From Octopus bimaculoides (Eukaryota): a DNA stretch of 41,464 nucleotides. The notes beneath the pieces were generated by a model. It ran no database searches. It had not been told where the DNA came from and saw only the letters and a program-made list of their open reading frames with translations. Positions 11,923-23,542 of the stretch are shown one piece after another (positions within the stretch are counted from its first letter, which is position 1; the number at the start of each line of letters is the position of its first letter). The stretch spans positions 7,551,990 through 7,593,453 of the forward strand of contig NC_068987.1 of the NCBI RefSeq assembly GCF_001194135.2. Direction: 5' to 3'. The translations under genes and the position numbers were made by a program.

Positions 11923-12125
11923 TATAGGCGTATGTGGGCAATTGCCCCACAAGACAATTATACCCCACCCCTAGGACAAGTCCTCTCGACAACTACCCCT
12001 AGGACAATTACCCCTTCTCTAATATATGAAGAAGTTTTAAATCCTCATCTGTTGTCCTCAGGGTAAATGTCCTTGTAGGGTTATTGTCCATGATTCCCTA
12101 TAGGTGTCCCAGACTCCCTATAGGT
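11923..12125. mobile_element. Possible MITE with inverted subterminal GGACAA(T/C)T(A/G)CCCC motifs
   Basis: Several GGACAA..CCC motifs on the left, TTGTCC motifs on the right, CCTATAGG at both ends. Confidence 0.4.
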
Positions 12126-12144
12126 GATATATATCTATCTTATA

Positions 12145-12380
12145 AAGGCGGCGAGCAGGTAGAATCGTTAGCACGCCGGGCGAAATGCTTAGCGGTATTT
12201 CGTCTGCTGTTATGTTCTAAGTTCAAATTCCGCCGAGGTAAACTTTGCCTTTCATCCTTTCGGGGTCGATAAATTTAGTGCCAATTACGCACTGGGGTCG
12301 ATGTAATCGACTTGATTCCTTTGTCTGTACTTGTTTGTCCCCTCTACGTTTAGCCCCTTGTGGGCAATAAAGAAATAGAT
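12145..12380 (+). mobile_element. Full-length family A SINE with CCCCTCTACGTTTAGCCCCTTGTGGGCAATAAAGAAATA tail
   Basis: CpG-rich head, B box and core, with a tail different from that of other family A copies. Confidence 0.9.
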
Positions 12381-12482
12381 ATATATCTTATTCATTCAAC
12401 CAGCTTTAACTTGGTTTGAACGGATGCAGACTCAAATTTATATCAGGGTATACAAAGAGCAGATGTACGAAAATATATCGTA

Positions 12483-12830
12483 GTGGCACTCCGTCGGTTA
12501 CAACGACGAGGGTTCCAGTTGATCCGATCAACAGAACGGCCTGCTCGTGAAATTAACGTACAAGTGGCTGAGCACTCCACAGACAACGTAATTCTCAGGG
12601 ATTCAGCGTGACACAGAGTGTGAAAAGGCTGGCCCTTTGAAATACAGGTACAACAGAAACAGTGAAAGAAAGTTGTGGTGAAAGAGTATAGCAGGGTTCA
12701 CCACCACTACCCTGTCAGATCCTCGTGGAACTTTAGGTGTTTTCGTTCAATAAACACACACAACGCCCGGTCTGGAAATCGATCCTACGGTCGCAAGTCC
12801 GCTGCTCTAACTACTGAGCCATTACGCCAC
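12483..12830 (-). mobile_element. Near full-length family B SINE
   Basis: Colinear with 4597-4974, with small deletions. Confidence 0.9.
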
Positions 12831-13591
12831 CACACAAAAATATATAAGTACAAAATGAAGACAAATAACAATTTCAAAGATAACACAATTATAATATATT
12901 TAACTTAAACTTTTTCAATATTTACATTATCTTTTTTTGTCCTCCAATAATTTCTGTTTATTTTAATTTCTTTCGTCTGTCCTTCTTCGTTAATTTAATT
13001 TCTTTATTTATTGTTTCTCTTTTTGTTTAATTTGAAAGTCTGAATCCATCCTAGATAAATGTTGGACAGAAAAACATAATGTCTAGTAGACNNNNNNNNN
13101 NNNNNNNNNNNNNNNNNNNNNNNNNNNNNNNNNNNNNNNNNNNNNNNNNNNNNNNNNNNNNNNNNNNNNNNNNNNNNNNNNNNNNNNNNNNNNNNNNNNN
13201 NNNNNNNNNNNNNNNNNNNNNNNNNNNNNNNNNNNNNNNNNNNNNNNNNNNNNNNNNNNNNNNNNNNNNNNNNNNNNNNNNNNNNNNNNNNNNNNNNNNN
13301 NNNNNNNNNNNNNNNNNNNNNNNNNNNNNNNNNNNNNNNNNNNNNNNNNNNNNNNNNNNNNNNNNNNNNNNNNNNNNNNNNNNNNNNNNNNNNNNNNNNN
13401 NNNNNNNNNNNNNNNNNNNNNNNNNNNNNNNNNNNNNNNNNNNNNNNNNNNNNNNNNNNNNNNNNNNNNNNNNNNNNNNNNNNNNNNNNNNNNNNNNNNN
13501 NNNNNNNNNNNNNNNNNGGTTCTTGAAGCATGTCCAGTAAAACAAGTCTGGCACTTTCTGTCATACCCAACAATATAAGCTTTGAGTTTTC

Positions 13592-13622
<31 letters not shown>

Positions 13623-13649
13623 GGTGGTGGTTTCAACAATTTCGGGGAA

Positions 13650-13765
13650 GTTGTTAAGTCTATTTCATCGATTTCAATGTTCAGATGGTACTTAGTTTAT
13701 CGATCTCAAAAGAACGAAATTTGAACTCAGAACGGCGTGCTAACGATTCTGCCACCTCGCCGTTT
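13650..13765 (-). mobile_element. Internally deleted family A SINE
   Basis: GGTACTTAGTTTATCGA..TTTGAACTCAGAAC|GGCGTGCTAACGATTCTGCC. Confidence 0.7.
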
Positions 13766-13797
13766 TCACTTATCATACAATATTAATGGGTTTCGTT

Positions 13798-14017
13798 AAG
13801 GCGGTGAGTTGGCAGAATCGTTAACACGCCGGGCAAAAATGCTTAGCAGCATTTCATCCCTCTTTACGTTCTGAGTTCAATTTCCACCGAGGTAGACTGT
13901 GCCTTTCATTTTTTTTCAGGATCGATAAAATAAGTACCTGTTGAGTACAGGCGTCGATGTAATCGACTTACTCCCTCTCACAAAATTGCTGGCCTTGTGC
14001 CAAAATGTGAAACCAAT
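13798..14017 (+). mobile_element. Family A SINE
   Basis: Head, core and AAAATTGCTGGCCTTGTGCCAAAA tail. Confidence 0.88.
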
Positions 14018-14397
14018 ATGATTGTCTGAAATAAAGTGATAGATTGTGGCACACAAAATAGCAATTAAAAGTCTTATGTTTTATATATCATTTTTATTTG
14101 TTTTTATTTTTTCCATACCTAATCCAGAACTCACAGTTCCGAATTCAGTTCACACCGGGGATTAATGAAACGAGTACCTGTAATATACTGGTGCACAGTT
14201 AATACACTAAGAAACTCTATACCTTATGACTAATAACAAACACACATGAAAGGATAATCTGTGGCAGGAACTCTAAAATGATCTGAGTACACAAACTAAC
14301 TTTGACTCCCAGATGTACTCAATTTTATTTCATTGATATTATTATTATTCATAGTAATGGCATGAACATCACAACTCTTCGTGTGACTTTCAATTAA

Positions 14398-14706
14398 ATG
14401 CTTTATTCTTTATCTTGTTTCAGTCATTGGATTGCAGCCATAGGCACTGCTTTGGAGGGTTTAGCTGAGGAAATTGAACCCCTATGTATTCTTTTCTATT
14501 CTAGGCACAAGGCCCTAAATTTTGGGAGAGGGGGCCAGTCGATTAGATCGATCCCACTTACACAACGGGTACTTAATTTATCGACCCCCAAAAGGATGAA
14601 AGGCAAAGTCGACTTCGGAGGAATTTGAACCCAGAACCTAAAGACAGACGAAATACCACTCAGTATTTCGCTCGACGTGCTAACGTTTCTGCCAGCTCGC
14701 CGCCTT
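14398..14706 (-). mobile_element. Family C tail (14398-14478) plus full family A SINE (14490-14706)
   Basis: Homologous to 5590-5690 and 6723-6939 respectively. Confidence 0.85.
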
Positions 14707-14949
14707 AAAACATTTGTATAAAATGTCACGCTTTGGAATCGAACCCGAGATGTCATAATTGCGAGAGAAATTTTTATCTCATTTGGTTATACTGTATCCC
14801 CGAAACAGTAATTGAACCCCTCGGTATTTTTAATGTTTGGTACTTATTCCAGTGGTCTCTTTTTTTTTTTTTTTTCAAACCACTAAGTTATGGGAACAGA
14901 CACAAACCAACACCGGTTGTCAAGTAGTACCATCCAATCTGATGGTGTC

Positions 14950-15115
14950 AACAGCATCGAAAATATAAACGCTGCTGAGGCTTCCACACAGTTTCCATCT
15001 ACTAAATTGGTCAGCCCAGTCCGATAGAAGACACTAGCACAAGATGCTGTACAGTGGAAATGAACCTGAAGCTATGGTACCATAGTGAACTTTTTAACAG
15101 CAAAGTCATGACTGC
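14950..15115 (-). mobile_element. Degenerate family C SINE 5' half
   Basis: TTCCACACAGTTTCCATCTACTAAAT..TAGAAGACACTAGCACAAGATGCTGTACAGTGGAAATGAACC. Confidence 0.7.
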
Positions 15116-17156
15116 AAAACAATATTACATTCACTGGAATATTCTATAAATTCAAAGCTTGCAGACGATAGCAGTAAGTTTTATATCTTTTTATTTTCCT
15201 TTTCATGACAGTTAGAGGCCTCCCTAAAATAACTGCTCAACTATGAAATGAATAAATTGCTATTCTTGTTTGGCCCTTGGTTGGCTCCAGTTGAGTAAAC
15301 CTGCAGTCATGGGCATTAAAGCCATAATCATCTAGTTATTTTCTGAATGAGACAACTGGACGCAGTTGTTTGTATGCTGACGATCTGGCACGGCTAATTG
15401 AGCATTAAACCTGTTTTGGTAACAGTGCTTTTTGGCACGAGAGGCAAACACACGCGCACAGGCAGAAATATGCACGTATAGACAGAGAAATATGACAACT
15501 TATTTATTAAACGTGACATAAACACTTTTCCTCTCCTCATACACAGGAAGGGATATATGCTTACACACATAAATAGAGAGGATAAGAAAGGAAGAGAGAA
15601 GTGGGGAGAAGAGAAGTGGGGAGAAGAGAAGCATTAAAGCGTCTGCTGTCAAATAAGTCAGCGTCTAATCAGCAACACTGAATAGGCAGCGCCAAAACGG
15701 CTGTGCCAAAACGTCCCATAGCCAGTTATTTTTATAAGATATTGTGCATTTTGGACCACATTGTACTTGATATATTTACGTATTGGTCCATTTTTTGAAG
15801 ACAGTGTCATGTGATTTGGAGGAGGGAGACTGCATGGATGGTCCCTTGTTTGGCTCCAATTTAGTCAGTTTGCTTAGATAAGTAGAATGGGAATCGATAT
15901 TTGCGAATTTTAGATCAACAACCAAGATCAAAGAGTTTTAATTATTTTATTGGTTTTTTGAAGATGCTGTGGTCATTTATTTCTATTTTTGGCTTCTACA
16001 CTGATATTTTTCTGTTTCCAACGGCACTATTCATACATTGTNNNNNNNNNNNNNNNNNNNNNNNNNNNNNNNNNNNNNNNNNNNNNNNNNNNNNNNNNNN
16101 NNNNNNNNNNNNNNNNNNNNNNNNNNNNNNNNNNNNNNNNNNNNNNNNNNNNNNNNNNNNNNNNNNNNNNNNNNNNNNNNNNNNNNNNNNNNNNNNNNNN
16201 NNNNNNNNNNNNNNNNNNNNNNNNNNNNNNNNNNNNNNNNNNNNNNNNNNNNNNNNNNNNNNNNNNNNNNNNNNNNNNNNNNNNNNNNNNNNNNNNNNNN
16301 NNNNNNNNNNNNNNNNNNNNNNNNNNNNNNNNNNNNNNNNNNNNNNNNNNNNNNAGGAAAACTTAATTGAACTGATATCATGAGATTTTAATTTATTTCA
16401 ATTTGATTTCCTTCCAATTTCAGCAAGATTAAATCATCTTTTTAAATGAGTACAACCAGCAGCATATTTTGATAAAAGTATAAATACTTTCTTTTATCCA
16501 TGATAAATTTCTCAACGCATTTCTTCTTTTAGATCTTATATATATATTATCTGAGCATGAAACTTATGGTAGCTCACATTTCAATCCTGTGTTTATTATA
16601 ATACAATATAATATAATATTGTATATATATATATATGAGAGAGATAGAGTGACATATGTATATAATACATATATATATATATATAATATTTAATTCACAA
16701 TTGTTAGTCCAAGGAAAATATATATCGTTTGGTCTATGGCACTTCAAGAAAATAGAGATATTTTGCTAGTCTAAGAATTTTGGATTAAATATTTTATTCA
16801 CTCTCAGACTTTGAGTTCTTTATTCTAAATGGCTGGACATAACTTCTTTTGAATTTGTCACCCCCTGGAATGAATATATATGTACATATATATACATATA
16901 TACACCTTTTCTTTGACTTACGACCGTGTTCCATTCTGACTGACCAGGTTGTAAGTCAATGTGGTCATATGTCAGATTTATATTTTTCAACACTATTTTC
17001 ATTCAAATGCAATTGATGCTTGAAAGCGACTGCATGAGAGACAGTAACAGGCTGTGGATGCCTGGGTCTGAGGGAGTCCTGCATTTCCAGATGCTGCCAT
17101 AGCTATCGTACGCACAGCTGCCTAACGTCCAAAAATCAATTTTCTTATTTATTTAA

Positions 17157-17398
17157 ATATTCTATAATTATAAACATAATTATAATTTGGGGTCAGCTAA
17201 TTGCCTCGCCATGCACTGAATTTAGAAATAGGATTTAAAATGCCTTTTCTACTACCATAAAGATCTCCCAGACGTGTTACTGTTTGGGAGAGCTTTATGG
17301 TAGTAGAAAAGGCATTTTAACTCCTATTTCTAAATTCAGTGCATGGGCAGGCAATTAGCTGATCCCTAATTATAATTATGCTTATAATTATAGAATAT
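17157..17398. repeat. 242-bp near-perfect inverted repeat (foldback element or hairpin)
   Basis: Arms of about 117 bp, e.g. GCACTGAATTTAGAAATAGGA..GCCTTTTCTACTACCATAAAG paired with CTTTATGGTAGTAGAAAAGGC..TCCTATTTCTAAATTCAGTGC. Loop of about 8 nt at 17274-17281, only a handful of mismatches. Confidence 0.97.
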
Positions 17399-17539
17399 CT
17401 GTATAATTTAACCTAAAAAGGTTATTTTAATGTACCGAACTACTTGGTAAAATTATTAATTATTAATTGATGAATTGGTTAATTAATTTTACCCTTTTAT
17501 TATTATTTTTTATTTATTTATTTATTTTTGTGATTGTAG

Positions 17540-17551
17540 GTGCAGACGGCC
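17540..17551 (+). CDS. Candidate 12-nt microexon (GTGCAGACGGCC), phase 1-1
   Basis: Long T-rich tract and ttgtag acceptor, perfect gtaagt donor at 17552. Keeps the frame between exons 5873-6023 and 19660-19757. Confidence 0.45.
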
Positions 17552-18564
17552 GTAAGTCGAGGAGAAGGTGCATACATTTCTGTATGTGTGATTTTGTACT
17601 GATGGAAACAATGGTTGGACGAATTTGGATAATTCAAAATGCAGGGATTTTTGCAGGAATATTTGGAGCAAACATTTTAGTGTTGCCTGTTGACATTGCT
17701 TCATAAATGCTAACCATTTTTACTAACTACTACTAAAGCAGGAAAAAGTAGTATTCTAAATATCACAGCTGTTATAGAAATAAGCAAATAAAAGAACTGT
17801 GCCTAACCAAGGAACACTGCATGGCTTGTACCAATCACCAGTTTGGTTTCAAACCCATCACTAATTGCTTTTGCAGTTTTTTAAGAACTTAACTATTATG
17901 TTTCTCTAAACAAATTTAATGCTTAAAACTACAAAAAAACATAAAAACAATCTCCAACGTTGCAACAATTGTCATTCATGTTGGTTTGGGCTCAGGATTT
18001 CAATTTTTTTTTTTTTTGAGAAAGTAGTGGTTATGAATGAAGTGATAGTCAAGATGAGAACTTGTTTAGAGAATGGACTTGTTTGGAATAAGCATTTTTT
18101 TTTCTCCTACCCAACCCAATCAGTAAGACTCTATTGGGAAAATCACTAAGAAAGTCATTATCTAATAAAAAAAAAATGCTTAAAATATATATATCCTTCA
18201 TCAGAAATGGTTTTGTTCATTGTGAAGGAGTCATTCATTGCCAACAAATAAGAGCACTGATGATTAGACAATTACGCATTGCATCTAAATGAGCAAATAA
18301 ACTGTAACAAATTTGAAGACTATAACAATTTTCTCAGAAATGACAAATCATTTTGGAGGGAAATTAAAATATTGGAGAGAAGTTAAAATTAGTAAAAATA
18401 GATACTTTGAAAAAAATAACACAAATCTTTCAGAGAGAAAGAAAGAAAGAAAATAAGAGAAAATTAGAGGAAGAATGAGAGAGTAGAAAGGACTGGGGTA
18501 ATATGAACCATTGTGTAACAGACTCAACAGTGTTCATCAAGTGAACAGAGGAGTGTTCATTTCA

Positions 18565-18768
18565 TCAAGTGAACAGAGCAGTGTTCATTTCAATCAGTGA
18601 ACTAAAAGTATGTCCATTGTACTCCAACAACCGATTCAGCATGTTGTTTTCACGGTCGCTTTCATCCAAAAGATCGACATTGAGGTCGATGGAAACGGGC
18701 CTTAAGTTTGACAGTGCTGGCTTTGGTAAAGGCCATGGAAGGGAGGTGCACAAATGGAACCGGTGAAG
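18565..18768 (-). CDS. Candidate terminal coding exon on the minus strand, unknown product
   Basis: Strong acceptor tgtttttcatttctatttccag. Open frame LHRFHLCTSLPWPLPKPALSNLRPVSIDLNVDLLDESDRENNMLNRLLEYNGHTFSSLIEMNTALFT*. GC- and CpG-richer than the flanks. No partner exon identified. Confidence 0.35.
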   Translation of the reverse strand, partial: LHRFHLCTSLPWPLPKPALSNLRPVSIDLNVDLLDESDRENNMLNRLLEYNGHTFSSLIEMNTALFT

Positions 18769-19294
18769 CTGGAAATAGAAATGAAAAACAATTATAATCA
18801 AAACGAAGCAAAAAGCAGAGAAGGTAATATTCATTATAATCACCAACGTCGTTAATAACTTTCATTTTGTGAAAATTTTTCTTTGAGTATTGTTTGTCAC
18901 TGCATTATGTACTTTTCGCAAAAACTTTTAAATATATATACATACACACACACACACATACATACATATGTATAATATAAATAATATGTATATGCATATA
19001 TATATGTATATGCATATATATATGTACACACATACACATATATATGGGTATAGGACGATATGAACTGTAAACAACATGAAATACGAAAACAAAAGAGTTG
19101 AATACATAAACAATGAGAGAAACAAATGGAAAACAGGACAAGTAACATAAAGAATGACCCTTCATCAGTTGCCACGCAATAACCAGCACTTGGGTATTAA
19201 TAATTGGGTACACTACCAGCAGTATATTGGATAGGTACTATCCCTTAATTGGTTGACCTCCCAACCTCCAACTCTCATGGAAATATATATGTAT

Positions 19295-19327
<33 letters not shown>

Positions 19328-19331
<4 letters not shown>

Positions 19332-19497
19332 ACAGGTTCTATACAGCTTCCAAGCACCAAATTCCACTCATATGGCATTAATTAACCTCAACTTACATAA
19401 GAAAACACTTGCTTTTAGGCTAGTGTCTTGAAAAATGACCAAACCTGGAATTACACATTGCAAAACCAACTTTCTTAACCAACCAATCATGCCTACA
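19328..19497 (-). mobile_element. Old, CpG-depleted family C SINE 5' half
   Basis: CAGCTTCCAAGCACCAAATTCCACTCA..AAACACTTGC..CTTTCTTAACCAACCAATCATGCC. Confidence 0.6.
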
Positions 19498-19659
19498 TCC
19501 TTCATACGCATAGCAATTTTTTCTTTTTTTTTTCTTTTTCTGTTTCACGTTGTGGGGAATATTTTGATATCATTATAGCATCAGGTTGTTGTAATAAACG
19601 CTCCAGAAGGAGGTGTATTTTACAAGAATGTCATGTGATTCTGTAATGTTTTATTGCAG

Positions 19660-19757
19660 CTGTCATGAATGCTGGCATAATCAATTCTGAAGACAATGGC
19701 AAAATATATCAAGAACTTGTATCCCTCTTATATAATATTACTAAACATGAAAATTTG
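19660..19757 (+). CDS. Putative internal coding exon (phase 1 to 0) of the + strand gene
   Basis: ttttattgcag|CTGTCATG...AATTTG|gtaaat. Encodes VMNAGIINSEDNGKIYQELVSLLYNITKHENL with an N-I-T sequon. Phase matches the donors at 6005, 6023 and 17551. Confidence 0.5.
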
Positions 19758-19885
19758 GTAAATTTTTTTGTGTCTTCTCTTTTAGCATTTTTGTTGAAGT
19801 TTTTATCTGTATTTCTTGCCTTCCTAAACAATATGTTATATCTTCACTGCAGCAATTATCATTCGAAAAAATACAAAATCACCTT

Positions 19886-20075
19886 CATCATTTATTGTCC
19901 ATGTTCCACGTTGGCAGGCATGGGGTGTCGGGTTTGACAGGATCCGATGTGCCAAAATATGGATCATACTCCAGTGTCTACTTTAGCATGGTTTCTGCAG
20001 CTGGATATCCTTCCTTATTTCTTTACTGCCCACAAGGGGCTACACACAGAGGGGACAAACAAGGACAGACAAATC
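19886..20075 (-). mobile_element. Family D (RTE-type tail) element interrupted by a family A tail fragment
   Basis: GTCCATGTTCCACGTTGGCAGG..GGTTTGACAGG..CATGGTTTCTGCAGCTGGAT, then TATTTCTTTACTGCCCACAAGGGGCTACACACAGAGGGGACAAAC. Confidence 0.75.
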
Positions 20076-20534
20076 CTGTGCAGGATTTATGGCAAGAAAT
20101 TTTAGATCCCTTATTTATAATCTACAAAAGGGGAATCCACAAAGGTGTGATCTGAAATAAATTTGACTGCTATTTCTAACAGAGTAATCACATAGAGATC
20201 ACCTCAGAGGTTTGATATGAACAGGAGTTTTTGATCTAACCACCCCCACCATTGTCTTTTGTTCAATTCCAAACAAAGATAATGGCAGCATTCATAATTA
20301 TTTGCAATGAAACCTCGTAATAATTGAATAATAATCTTCAAAAATACATCATCTTCAAAACTATGCAGAATAATTCTATGAATAAGAAATTTCGGTAGAA
20401 GCATAATAATTCTTGCATCCATTGTTTATCCTGTCCTGATAAGAGGAATTTTTCAAAAAAAGAACTTCCTTGTCTGCAACTGATAAGTGCGAAATGTACA
20501 CACATGTTTATACACACACACACACACACACACG

Positions 20535-20835
20535 CATAAAGACATTGGCATTGTTGTGCGGTTGAGAAGCTTGCTTCCCTTCCATGTGGTCTTGGGTTCA
20601 AGTTCCACCACGAGGCACCTTGGGCAAGTGTCTTCTAATATAGCTCCAGACTGAACAATACTTTCTGAATGGTACATGTAAAAAAAAAAAACCATGTCGA
20701 AACAAAGACACAGAAGTCTGGTGCAGGCTCCCGCCTGGCCAGCTCCTGTCAAACTGTCCAACCCATGCCAGCATGGAAGGAGGACGTTAAGTGATGATGA
20801 TGATGATGATGATGAGGGTAATGATGATGATGATG
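20535..20835. mobile_element. Family C head (20535-20652, CORE-like CACCTTGGGCAAGTGTCTTCT) followed by a family D tail ending in (GAT)n
   Basis: GAGAAGCTTGCTTCC..GGTTCAAGTTCCAC, then CCTGTCAAACTGTCCAACCCATGCCAGCATGGAAGGAGGACGTTAAGTGATGATG. Confidence 0.8.
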
Positions 20836-21104
20836 AAGATCCTACAAAATCATAAGTCTACTTGTTAGGATTCCTGGCTTTCAGCCAGGCGTGCCGGGGT
20901 TCAATTCTTAGCAATGGGAATGTTAATTTTTAAAAGGTGGTGGCCCCAGCATGGCTGCAGTCACATGACTGAAACAAGTAAAAGAATAAAAGAATACCAG
21001 AGCAGCATTGTGATTCTTCACTCTTGTAAGCTGGTCATGTGATTAGCTCTTTGCTCCTTCTTTCTTTATATATGCGACAGATTAACAATATAAGTCTTCT
21101 TCAT

Positions 21105-21105
21105 A

Positions 21106-21138
<33 letters not shown>

Positions 21139-21412
21139 ATCTCTCTCTCTCTACATATGTCTATCTTTCTCCTTTCTCTTTCTATAAGTAATAGCATTTC
21201 TCCACAAACCCCTTCTCTCTCTCAGCTCTACTTCTTATTCATCTCTCTACCTGCATCACACATCCATATTTCCCACCCCGCTTCACCTTCCTCTTTTCTG
21301 GCTTCTAGACATGAACACACACGTATATATATACCAGATACACATGTCCAATTCCATAGAGGACGTGTGTGTGTATGTATGTGTGTGTGTGTGAAGCATA
21401 CAAATACAACAG

Positions 21413-21446
<34 letters not shown>

Positions 21447-21800
21447 CCACATACGAACACCCATTTGCTCACATGTATGTTTAAATATATATATTTATGC
21501 ACAATCATTTATATATACAGAAAGAGAGAGAAGGAAAGGGATAATACAGAGAGACAGACAGAGATGGATGGATAGACAGACAGACAGATAGATAGATATA
21601 GGTAGGTAGGTAGATAGACAGATATATAGATAAATACACAAATAGATTGATAAATAGACAGACAGACATAGATAGAGAGAGAGAGACAGACACAGATAGA
21701 CAGATAGAGAGACACATGAATAGATATGCATACATTAAACACAAACATAAATATAAATACACACATATAAATACACAAACACACACACACACACACATAC
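21105..21800. repeat. Cluster of (CT)n, (TG)n, (TA)n, (GATA/GACA)n and (CA)n microsatellites
   Basis: Directly visible. Confidence 0.9.
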
Positions 21801-22701
21801 CTGAACATAAGTGCGTCTGCACATGTGAGCCTACATGGTTGAATGGCTGCATGATTACATCACACTTACTGATTACTTGCCATTAAAAACTGACATAAAG
21901 TTTGCTACTGTTATAAAACTTTGATGTTAAACCATTTATTACTTATGAGATCCTATACATTTCCACCAATCTAAACATCCACAAATGTTATGATCAATAA
22001 TTGTTAAACACTAACCATGAATGCTGTGATATCAACAATGTAGGCTTTGATCCTCGCTTATTAAAGGCCCCACTGACTGTTTATCTCAATAGATTTGCAA
22101 GAAATATTCATGATAGCCAAGGATGTATACATAAAATTATGCGGCGATATATATGTAAGAATTGTATGTATGTCTCTGTATGTGTGTACATAAATACATG
22201 TGGGTATCTTTCTCACTCTCTCGCTATATATATATATATATGTGAGTGTGTGCGCATAGATACACACATACACATATATATGTATATATATATATATATA
22301 TATAAATATACAACCCATGCTAGCATGGAAGGCGGACGTTAAACGATGATGATGATACATATATTTACACACATATATACGTAGACATTATATATATATA
22401 TATATATATANNNNNNNNNNNNNNNNNNNNNNNNNNNNNNNNNNNNNNNNNNNNNNNNNNNNNNNNNNNNNNNNNNNNNNNNNNNNNNNNNNNNNNNNNN
22501 NNNNNNNNNNNNNNNNNNNNNNNNNNNNNNNNNNNNNNNNNNNNNNNNNNNNNNNNNNNNNNNNNNNNNNNNNNNNNNNNNNNNNNNNNNNNNNNNNNNN
22601 NNNNNNNNNNNNNNNNNNNNNNNNNNNNNNNNNNNNNNNNNNNNNNNNNNNNNNNNNNNNNNNNNNNNNNNNNNNNNNNNNNNNNNNNNNNNNNNNNNNN
22701 N

Positions 22702-22738
<37 letters not shown>

Positions 22739-23542
22739 TTTAATATACATGCATAGACATATATACATACATAAATATATACATAAATATACACGTGAGT
22801 GGTGGGGTGATGCCTGTGTATATATACATACATACATATATATATATATACATTCACATGTATCTATATATCATTATTACAATAGCACTTCCCTCATCTA
22901 TACAAGTATATGTCAGGAAATCGTTTGTTAGTTTCTATTTTGCTCTTTAGCAAATATTTCTTTTCAACAGCTGGATGCTCCACCGACTGTGAACACCACA
23001 GCTATGTGAAGTAGGAGTGGACTCTAATTTTGCTCAGTGACGCAAACGAAATCAAACAGATTAATATGTCTTGCTCAAAAGCCACAACAATTGCAGTTTT
23101 ATGGCTTCAACCTGTAAGAATATGATTTGTACAACAGCATCTTAACCTGATAGCCATTCCTAATGTGCATCTATGTGTAAATGTCTGTCTATCTATGGAT
23201 GCAGAAGAATATGTATATATGTAAATGTGTCTATTTAAGTTCTGCCAACAGCAGAAAAGTAGAGAAAAATTGAGGGTGAATTGTTAACCGATTTAATGTT
23301 GGCATTTAATATTTTATATATGCTGTTATTTGAACCACTCGGATATCAGCTTTACTGCCTTTCTTCTTTTGTCAATATTCAGGTTATATATAATGTTATA
23401 GCACTGACAAGAAACAGGTCTAAAGATATTCCAAACGAGGAAATAACATAGCATTAAGTTGAATGCTTGCATTAAATCGTTTCATGGAAGCTTGTCTAAA
23501 GATATATATATATATATAGAGAGAGAGATATATAAATATATA

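Noticed and set aside
20140-20422. Exon candidates on both strands (SNHIEITSE on +; 72-aa ORF on -)
   Set aside because: The + acceptor ctatttctaacag lies in a dispersed repeat also seen near 3920-3970 and 15800-15850. The frames hit stops and the phases do not link to neighbouring candidates.
22971-23020. Acceptor tttcaacag followed by LDAPPTVNTTAM*
   Set aside because: Phase 0 would fit exon 19660, but a stop comes before any convincing donor.
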